Origin: a bacterium
GTDB lineage: Bacteria; Zhuqueibacterota; QNDG01; JAFGCO01
Assembly (NCBI GenBank): GCA_016932575.1
Contig: JAFGCO010000011.1
Coordinates: 10,851-74,850 of the forward strand
Direction of reading: 5' to 3'
DNA length: 64,000 nt
A model generated the notes under the pieces. The model worked only from the letters and a program-made list of their open reading frames with translations. It was not told the origin of the DNA and made no database searches. Position 1 is the stretch's first letter. The number at the start of each line of letters is the position of its first letter. Position numbers and translations under genes: made by a program. Of this stretch, positions 57,602-64,000 are shown piece after piece.

Positions 57602-59446
57602 CTATTTCTCAAGATCAGAGAGCGCCTTTAAGATTACCTTGCGCACGTCTTCATCAGGATCGGATATTTTTTTTAACATTTTGGGCTTCAGCGGTCGGGC
57701 AGTCTCATTTAAATAATCAATAGCATTTGCGGCCCGCAGCCGCACAGCATTTATTTCATGATCCAAAAGCATACTGAGTATGGATAGTGATTTTCTGGGA
57801 TCACTGAACCGTGCTGCGTATTCAGCAGCGGCAATCTGGACATCCGGGCATGCATCCTCAAAGAGATTCTGAATATCAGGCAGAAGAGGTACCGCCCGGC
57901 AGCCGAGAATAAGACAACCCGTAATACCCCAATATCGAATTACAGCATCCGCATCATGCATATACTGCTTGAGTAAAAATAAATTCTCAATCTTCCCCAG
58001 GCTGGCGGTTTCAGCCGCATGACTGGATTTTTCGAAATCGTAATGTCCTGTCTTTCGGACCATCTCATAAACCGTGGTTTTCCTGGTTCTGGCAATCATC
58101 TCTCCTTCGGGGATAAATCCTGTATCCTGTATCTTTTCCATCCATTGATTCAAAGCCTGTCTCATCTGAAACAGAATTTTTCGATAATCGGGATCTTCAG
58201 CAAGATTTTTCACTTCATCCGGATCGTTTTCGGTATCATACAGTTCTTCCGCAGGTTTGTGCTCCCAAAAAAACCGTTGACTCCCCGCGCATTTGCTTTG
58301 TTTGTAAAGAGATTCCCACCTTCGCGTCGTAGGCATGCGCCATAAATATTCCACATGCTGTCCGTAAATCAAATGAGGCATGTAATTGCGAATATATTTG
58401 AATTTATCACTATGAACAGCTCGCATGAGATCATACCGTTCATCCATACGGTCACGAAAACAGTAAACATAATCCTGTGGTTTTCTCTGCTGAAGACCCA
58501 GGAAAGCTTGTCCCTGCATATGAGAGGGAATCTCCACGCCGGCAAGACTCAGGATCGTGGGTGCCAGATCAACAAAACTGATCAGTCGGTTCGACATTGT
58601 GCCCGGGGCAGATGGAGCCAGGTGCTGATATTGTTTCGGAAACCGGACAATAAAGGGCACATGAATACCCGAATCATATAAAAACCGCTTGCTTCTTGTG
58701 AGTACTCCCCCATGATCAGAATAATAAAATACAATTGTATTATCGAGCAAGCCTTCGGCTTCCAATGCATTTAACCTGTCTCCGATTTGACAGTCCAGTT
58801 CAGCAATACGGTCATAATACTGCGCCCAATCGTGACGAATAACCGGATCGTCCGGATGATAATCCGGCAGCCGCATTTGATCCGGATCATGCTGCACATC
58901 TGTCGTTTGATGCAGCGAACTCTCATGACTCACCGTGAAATTGAAAACCGCAAAAAAAGGCTGCTCCGGATTTCGATTTGCATAAGTGGCTTGTGTGCTG
59001 GATTCATCCCACACGTTGTCAGGTTTTTTTGCGACATTATAATCTTCTTTCGAATTGTTCGTGCAGTAATATCCGGCCTGCCGTAAAAGCTGGGGAAAAA
59101 ATGTTATAGAATTTGGAACAGCCCGTTTGCTGCGCATATGCTGGGTACCCAGAGAACTGGCATACATCCCGGTAATAATCGAGTTCCTGGCCGGAGCGCA
59201 TACAGGGGCATTTGCGAACGCATGTGTGAACATAATTCCTTCGGATGCCAGCCGGTCCATATTTGGCGTGTTTGCATTGGGATCTCCGTAACATCCTAAA
59301 AACGGTCCGTTGTCTTCACTGGTGAGCCATAAAATATTGGGCCGGTCTGGTTTTTCCCGGCAATGGATAACAGCTGACATGGCTAAAGCCATAGTGCCGG
59401 TGCTGGTGGTTTTAATAAAATCCCGCCGTTTCATTTTTTTTGACAT
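57602..59446 (-). CDS. Tat-exported sulfatase (formylglycine-dependent) with C-terminal HEAT-like repeats
   Basis: Start at ATG (MSKKMKRRDFIKTT, Tat RRxFIK) with GAGG upstream; the track start 59554 is a GTG extension. Sulfatase signature NAPVCAPARNSIITG (C-x-P-x-R). C-terminal HEAT-like helices. Confidence 0.8.
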   Translation of the reverse strand: MSKKMKRRDFIKTTSTGTMALAMSAVIHCREKPDRPNILWLTSEDNGPFLGCYGDPNANTPNMDRLASEGIMFTHAFANAPVCAPARNSIITGMYASSLGTQHMRSKRAVPNSITFFPQLLRQAGYYCTNNSKEDYNVAKKPDNVWDESSTQATYANRNPEQPFFAVFNFTVSHESSLHQTTDVQHDPDQMRLPDYHPDDPVIRHDWAQYYDRIAELDCQIGDRLNALEAEGLLDNTIVFYYSDHGGVLTRSKRFLYDSGIHVPFIVRFPKQYQHLAPSAPGTMSNRLISFVDLAPTILSLAGVEIPSHMQGQAFLGLQQRKPQDYVYCFRDRMDERYDLMRAVHSDKFKYIRNYMPHLIYGQHVEYLWRMPTTRRWESLYKQSKCAGSQRFFWEHKPAEELYDTENDPDEVKNLAEDPDYRKILFQMRQALNQWMEKIQDTGFIPEGEMIARTRKTTVYEMVRKTGHYDFEKSSHAAETASLGKIENLFLLKQYMHDADAVIRYWGITGCLILGCRAVPLLPDIQNLFEDACPDVQIAAAEYAARFSDPRKSLSILSMLLDHEINAVRLRAANAIDYLNETARPLKPKMLKKISDPDEDVRKVILKALSDLEK

Positions 59447-59598
59447 AATTGCCTCATCGAGTTTATTACCCTGCATCGATCCATTTGCCGAATTTGAATC
59501 CCACCTGTTTAAAATGAGAAGCTTAATAGAAATCACAGATATCCTGGATATCACTAAATTGAACGTATCAAATATTCAAGTCATTTCCCTTGTTTTGG

Positions 59599-60765
59599 TT
59601 AAGGTGAATCATCAGGCTGGTACTCAAACGGCAGCATATCAGCAACTCCGCAAACAGACCAGTGTCCGGAAACGGAAAATGCATGAGGTGTATGCACATT
59701 ACCTAACGGATCGATTAGGGCCATATCACAGTTCATGTTAAAAAAACACGGTTCATAAAACTCGAGCTGATAAAAATCTGCCTTTTGTGCCTGCTCAACG
59801 AACTTGTCCGTTTTTCTCGGAATATGATGGGACAATAACATATAATGTCCTTTCAGACAGATTGACTTTAATCCGGGAAAATCGCTCTTTACGGCCATCT
59901 TTACATCTTCTCCGACTCGATCGGTGGATCCCCAGGTATAAATTTTATTACCAACCTGCTTCACTTCATAAAGTTCCAGCCCCTCTTGATCCAGAGACTG
60001 ATGATATGCAGCCCTCAGAAAATGACGGAAAGAACCCAGATAGGTTTTCTGCCGCTGCCTGACCCATCGAATCGAATCATCCAGGGCTTGGACCGGCATA
60101 GGACGGAAAACAGGATAAATTTGATATTTTATTTGATTCGGCCCGCATCTGAAATTTTCCAGAATCAAACTGATATCATACCCAAGCGCCTGATTCCGGA
60201 TGCGGATCAGACTGTCTGTGGATGCATAAAGCCATCCCTGACGGACAGTAAAATCAATCACTTCAGGATGATAAAAATGGCAGTATTTTGCGTTTTCTGT
60301 TTTTCCCAGAAAAGCTTTCCGGAATTCCTGAAAATGTTTTTGCCATAATTTTTCCCGTTCAGCAACAATCTCGATGCGTTTGCCGGACAATACACGGGGA
60401 ACAAGTTCTACGGCAAGGTGGACTGTTTTCTCTTTAAGCAGATTCACATGAAGCACTTTTGTTTGATAAGCAATGTGATGGACGACCACTTTATAACAAC
60501 CCGGAGCGATATTATTCATTTTGAATGTACCATCCGTTGCTGTAGCGGAGCCTATGGTGGTATTGGATATAAACACATCCGCAAAATAAACCGGATCCTT
60601 TGTTTTGGAGTCGATTACCCGGCCGCGGATGTCAGATCCATGGTCCTGTCCCAGAAAAATAGAGACTGATAACATGAAAAAAAAGGGAGTTATATATTTA
60701 TAAACTTTTTTGTGTAACCTGATGTTCTTCATGTTTAACAGGGAGATATTATTTATGACATTCAA
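59599..60765 (-). CDS. Secreted protein with an N-terminal carboxypeptidase-regulatory-like (CarbopepD_reg) domain
   Basis: IRGRVIDSKTKDPVYFADVFI...TDGTFKMNNIAPGCYKVVVHHIAYQ. A ~250-aa domain of unknown function follows. Confidence 0.5.
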   Translation of the reverse strand: MNVINNISLLNMKNIRLHKKVYKYITPFFFMLSVSIFLGQDHGSDIRGRVIDSKTKDPVYFADVFISNTTIGSATATDGTFKMNNIAPGCYKVVVHHIAYQTKVLHVNLLKEKTVHLAVELVPRVLSGKRIEIVAEREKLWQKHFQEFRKAFLGKTENAKYCHFYHPEVIDFTVRQGWLYASTDSLIRIRNQALGYDISLILENFRCGPNQIKYQIYPVFRPMPVQALDDSIRWVRQRQKTYLGSFRHFLRAAYHQSLDQEGLELYEVKQVGNKIYTWGSTDRVGEDVKMAVKSDFPGLKSICLKGHYMLLSHHIPRKTDKFVEQAQKADFYQLEFYEPCFFNMNCDMALIDPLGNVHTPHAFSVSGHWSVCGVADMLPFEYQPDDSP

Positions 60766-60851
60766 ATTGATTATAACAATATCTAAAAGTAATGAGTATT
60801 ACCTATTCATGCAATAAAAAAATAATTGACAACAAATAAACAATTTATTAT

Positions 60852-60871
60852 ATTTCGTTATATATCGAAAT
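60852..60871. promoter_or_regulatory. Palindromic operator ATTTCG-N8-CGAAAT immediately upstream of arsR
   Basis: atttcgttatatatcgaaat has 9/10 symmetry. It ends 3 nt before the arsR ATG. Confidence 0.45.
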
Positions 60872-60874
60872 GAT

Positions 60875-61231
60875 ATGGATAATTATATGGAACAATGTTT
60901 AACATTATTTAAGGCGCTGTCAGATAAAAACAGAATTCGCATTATTAAAATACTTGAAAAACGTCCTCTATGTGTCTGCGAAATCACGACAATTCTGAAT
61001 CTGGCCTGCTCCACGACTTCGAAACATCTCAGTGTTTTAAAAAAAGCCAAACTCATATTTGAGCAAAAAGAAGGCAAATGGGTTAATTATTACCTGAACA
61101 AGGCAACCATGAATCCTTATATTAAAGAATTCTTGCCGATGGTCAAGCGATGGTTGAATGACGACATGATTATTGTTCGAGATCTTCGCAAAGTGGATAA
61201 AATTAATCGAAATGAAATATGCAAATCTTAA
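60875..61231 (+). CDS. arsR: ArsR/SmtB-family arsenic-responsive repressor
   Basis: HTH DKNRIRIIKIL. As(III)-binding motif LCVCEI. Confidence 0.85.
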   Translation: MDNYMEQCLTLFKALSDKNRIRIIKILEKRPLCVCEITTILNLACSTTSKHLSVLKKAKLIFEQKEGKWVNYYLNKATMNPYIKEFLPMVKRWLNDDMIIVRDLRKVDKINRNEICKS

Positions 61232-61250
61232 AAATCATACAGGCATTATT

Positions 61251-61270
61251 ATTTCGATATTTATCGAAAT
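61251..61270. promoter_or_regulatory. Second palindromic operator ATTTCGATA-TT-TATCGAAAT between arsR and the permease gene
   Basis: atttcgatatttatcgaaat has 9/10 symmetry and the same half-site as the upstream operator. It ends ~15 nt before the permease ATG. Confidence 0.45.
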
Positions 61271-61285
61271 ATGAGAATAATTTAA

Positions 61286-62587
61286 ATGAATTGGAAACAC
61301 GAATGGAAAAATTTCGGCTGGATGGCAGCTGTTTTTCTGACTGCTTATTTTTTACCTGTTGAAAAAACACGTTTCATCCAGGCCGTTCATGAATCTCTCG
61401 CTCTTGCGAAATGGTATGCACGGGAGCATGTACTCTTATGCCTGGTACCCGCATTCTTTATCGCGGGTGTAATCAGCGTATTCATTAGCCAAGCTGCCGT
61501 GATTAAATATTTCGGCGCAAGAGCGAATAAATGGAAGGCATACCTGATGGCTTCCGCTTCGGGGACGATTCTTGCAGTCTGTTCGTGTACGATACTGCCC
61601 CTTTTTTCCGGTATTCATAAACGGGGTGCCGGATTAGGCCCGGCCATTGCCTTTCTTTATTCCGGCCCTGCAATTAACATCCTCGCAATTATCCTGACAA
61701 CAAGGATTTTAGGGACTGAGCTGGGTATTGCACGTGTTGTCGGTGCGGTCATATTCAGTGTAGCGATTGGTCTGATCATGCATCTGATCTATCGACAAGA
61801 AGAAAAGCAAAAAGCAGACATGCAGCTTTTAATACCTGAGCCAGTAGAGATACGTCCCCTTTGGCAAACGCTCTTCCACTTCTTTATCCTTGTGAGTATT
61901 CTTGTATTTGCGAACTGGGGTAAATCCGGTGAGTCCTCCGGATTTTTGTACAACATCTGGTCCGCCAAATGGGTGATAACAGGATTCTTTGGTGTGTTGC
62001 TCGGCATTTCACTTATCACCATTCTCAAAATACAATGGCAATGGGTGGCGGTCTCTTTTGTTTTTGTGATCCTGGAAGTTCTGCTTATACCGAACAAACC
62101 TTTAATACCCTTTATGACAGGTCTATTGGCGACATCAATCTTAATCAGCCTGCATGAAGGAGAGCCGCATGAGTGGATGGCCGCTACGTGGGGATTTGCC
62201 AAACAGATTTTACCAGTACTGGCTGCCGGAGTTCTTCTCGCCGGTCTCCTTTTGGGATCACCCGAAAGCGGGCAGGGACTTATACCGCCAAAATGGATTT
62301 CGGATCTTGTTGGCGGGAACTCGGTTTTATCAAACTTTTTCGCCTCCGTCACCGGTGCATTTATGTATTTTGCCACTTTGACGGAAGTGCCGATCCTCCA
62401 GGGTCTGATCGCTAACGGTATGGGCAAAGGACCGGCCTTGGCCCTTTTGCTCGCGGGACCGGCGCTTTCCTTACCCAATATGCTGGTCATCCGAAGTGTG
62501 ATCGGCACACAAAAAACCATTGTATTTATTTTGCTGGTCGTGGTGATGGCCACAACCGCCGGTTTGATTTACGGATCTGTATTTTAA
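61286..62587 (+). CDS. COG0701/DUF318 permease, ArsP-like (organoarsenical efflux permease candidate)
   Basis: Multi-TM protein with the CSC motif (ILAVCSCTILPLF) as in ArsP. It is co-located with arsR, a Trx-like protein and arsC. Confidence 0.6.
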   Translation: MNWKHEWKNFGWMAAVFLTAYFLPVEKTRFIQAVHESLALAKWYAREHVLLCLVPAFFIAGVISVFISQAAVIKYFGARANKWKAYLMASASGTILAVCSCTILPLFSGIHKRGAGLGPAIAFLYSGPAINILAIILTTRILGTELGIARVVGAVIFSVAIGLIMHLIYRQEEKQKADMQLLIPEPVEIRPLWQTLFHFFILVSILVFANWGKSGESSGFLYNIWSAKWVITGFFGVLLGISLITILKIQWQWVAVSFVFVILEVLLIPNKPLIPFMTGLLATSILISLHEGEPHEWMAATWGFAKQILPVLAAGVLLAGLLLGSPESGQGLIPPKWISDLVGGNSVLSNFFASVTGAFMYFATLTEVPILQGLIANGMGKGPALALLLAGPALSLPNMLVIRSVIGTQKTIVFILLVVVMATTAGLIYGSVF

Positions 62588-62599
62588 TGGAGACTCATC

Positions 62600-62833
62600 A
62601 TGAAAAAACTTCAAATTCTGGGTATGGGCTGTCCCAAATGCCAAAAGCTGAGCGAATTGACTGAACAGGCGGCCAAAAAACTGGGTATCGAGTATGAAAT
62701 TATCAAAGTCACAGACCTGAATGACATCATGAAATTCGGTGTCATGATGACACCCGGTCTGGCCGTTGACGGAGAAGTCAAATTTTCGGGCAAAGTGCCG
62801 ACCTTGGATGAGATAAAAATAATGCTGATGTAG
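62600..62833 (+). CDS. Thioredoxin-family small protein (redox-active disulfide protein 2 type)
   Basis: 77 aa with GMGCPKC (CxxC). This family is typically paired with COG0701 permeases. Confidence 0.75.
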   Translation: MKKLQILGMGCPKCQKLSELTEQAAKKLGIEYEIIKVTDLNDIMKFGVMMTPGLAVDGEVKFSGKVPTLDEIKIMLM

Positions 62834-62879
62834 GAGGAATTATGCCCCGTTCAATTTGATTTGCAGTGTCATATAAACT

Positions 62880-63335
62880 ATGGATGAGAATCCAATGTCA
62901 GAAAATCCAAATAAAATCAAGCTCCTCTTTCTCTGTACCGGTAACTCGTGCCGTAGTCAAATGGCAGAAGGATGGACACGTCATCTCAAAAGAGACTGGA
63001 TCGACGTATGGTCCGCAGGTGTGGAACCGCATGGCCTGAATCCATATACGGTTCAAGTGATGGCCGAAGCGGGTGTTGACATTTCTGATTACCGGTCAAA
63101 ACATATCAATGATGTCATGGACATCCCGTTCGATTATGTTGTCACTGTCTGTGACCATGCACGCGAAAGCTGTCCGCTGTTTCCTCGGCCGGTAAAAAAG
63201 ATACACAAAAGCTTCGATGATCCGCCGACTCTGGCGAAACAGGCGGCATCGGAAGAAGAAAAAATAGAAATTTATCGCCGCGTACGCGATAAGATCCGCG
63301 CCTTTATAGAGACTCTGCCGGAAGAACTGAAATGA
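62880..63335 (+). CDS. arsC: Arsenate reductase, LMW-PTP/thioredoxin-coupled type
   Basis: KLLFLCTGNSCRSQMAEGW P-loop plus downstream Cys pair VTVCDHARESCP. Confidence 0.85.
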   Translation: MDENPMSENPNKIKLLFLCTGNSCRSQMAEGWTRHLKRDWIDVWSAGVEPHGLNPYTVQVMAEAGVDISDYRSKHINDVMDIPFDYVVTVCDHARESCPLFPRPVKKIHKSFDDPPTLAKQAASEEEKIEIYRRVRDKIRAFIETLPEELK

Positions 63336-63369
63336 TTGTTCGAGTGCATTCACCATTTTGGAGGCTATT

Positions 63370-63843
63370 ATGCTGGTCCAGAAAAGCCGTGAAATGAGTA
63401 TTGTATTGATTATATCTGCTGCCCTGGTGTTTTGCACCTGGTTTCTTTTAGACGGGGAACGCTGGATCGGACCCGGTGTGGTGGTCATGAGTGCGCTGCC
63501 CTTGCTTGCAGCAAAGATCGCAAAACTCAAATTAAAATCACTGATCCCCGATCTGGTGTTTGGTTCCGTAGATACCGGACTGCTTACCATTGGAGCTGTT
63601 ATAGGGGCAACAGGATTCGGAGTTCTTGGAGCCGTTGTGGGAGGCGTTGTCGCTGATGCAATTACAGACGGTATTGCCGGCTTTTTTGAAGGCAGCGCGG
63701 CAGAATGGCTCCGAAGCAAAGGTTTTGAAGAATCAAGAACAGCTTTGGGTTCTGCATGCGGAAAAATGGCCGGATGCCTGCTGGGAAGCGGATGGATGCT
63801 CACGCTCCTTACAATTGCAGGAGTTTCTTTAAGTCAGCTTTGA
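63370..63843 (+). CDS. Hypothetical membrane protein (Gly-rich TM helices)
   Basis: ATG 63370 (MLVQKSREM...). Glycine-zipper-like TGFGVLGAVVGGVVADAITDGIAGFFEG. Confidence 0.4.
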   Translation: MLVQKSREMSIVLIISAALVFCTWFLLDGERWIGPGVVVMSALPLLAAKIAKLKLKSLIPDLVFGSVDTGLLTIGAVIGATGFGVLGAVVGGVVADAITDGIAGFFEGSAAEWLRSKGFEESRTALGSACGKMAGCLLGSGWMLTLLTIAGVSLSQL

Positions 63844-63881
63844 AATAAAATACCCTATATTCAATTCTGGCTGAAAGTTAA

Positions 63882-64000
63882 AAATCATCTTTTACATTCA
63901 CAAAACTGAATGGATACTGCTTTTTCAAATTACGGATATATGCTTCATCTTCCCGCACTCTCTCATGGAGACTGCTAAATGGCCATTCCTCTGCATTTTC
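63882..64000 (-). CDS. 3' end of a minus-strand gene that runs off the window end
   Basis: Manual translation of the reverse complement reads ...ENAEEWPFSSLHERVREDEAYIRNLKKQYPFSFVNVKDDF*. It is not in the ORF track because there is no start in the window. Confidence 0.3.

Overview
This 64 kb window is gene-dense bacterial chromosome at roughly 43-45% GC. Two secreted proteins (9434..11290 and 21422..23401) end in type IX secretion C-terminal sorting domains, and many genes have clear Shine-Dalgarno sites. That combination suggests an FCB-superphylum lineage outside the classical Bacteroidia. I found no rRNA, tRNA, CRISPR array, transposase or integrase.

The ORF track translates TTG and GTG starts as M and drops ORFs that run off the window edge. 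I therefore re-evaluated several starts by hand. Coordinates I derived myself may be off by 1-2 nt.

Main content, in order:
- complement(<1..~1391): the 5' part of a GPH-family MFS symporter with a LamG-like domain inserted in a periplasmic loop. It is not in the ORF track.
- 2089..12445: a roughly 10 kb exopolysaccharide operon that looks synthase-dependent. It encodes a 1706-aa doubly membrane-anchored protein (glycoside-hydrolase-like barrel, deacetylase-like DUF2334, second glycoside-hydrolase-like barrel), a processive GT2 synthase, a small outer-membrane beta-barrel, an FG-GAP beta-propeller with a T9SS sorting domain, and WecB. A near-consensus sigma-54 promoter sits in front of it.
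- complement(12493..16444): an operon of a YfiR-like (DUF4154) periplasmic protein, a HisKA_2 sensor kinase and a hybrid PAS kinase/response regulator. It also has a near-consensus sigma-54 promoter.
- 17191..27339: a mixed set of genes. These are a cupin, a DUF4386 membrane protein, an SGNH hydrolase, a T9SS-secreted amidohydrolase, a GH3 beta-glucosidase and an aldo-keto reductase.
- 27575..31649: a REC-PAS histidine kinase and an NtrC-like sigma-54 activator. A third near-consensus sigma-54 promoter follows immediately downstream and fronts the next cluster.
- 32024..47759: a 16 kb chemosensory cluster. It contains a REC-HATPase protein with a degenerate HisKA_2 domain lacking the phospho-His, CheW, a TonB-dependent receptor, a second YfiR-like protein, two MCPs, CheR, CheA, a CheC-like protein, CheD, CheB, a CheX-like protein, two CheY and a PAS kinase.
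- 47888..60765: rmlC, a FadL/PorV-like outer-membrane protein, a Trm112-methyltransferase fusion, a parvulin PPIase, an HPP membrane protein, a MrfA/YprA-like DUF1998 helicase, dodecin and a Tat-exported sulfatase.
- 60875..63335: an arsenic operon (arsR with the CVC motif, a COG0701/ArsP-like permease, a thioredoxin-like protein and LMW-PTP-type arsC) with two palindromic operators.

The most notable findings are the sigma-54-wired EPS and chemosensory circuitry, the repeated module of a YfiR-like protein paired with a membrane sensor, and the unusual EPS-modifying protein architecture.
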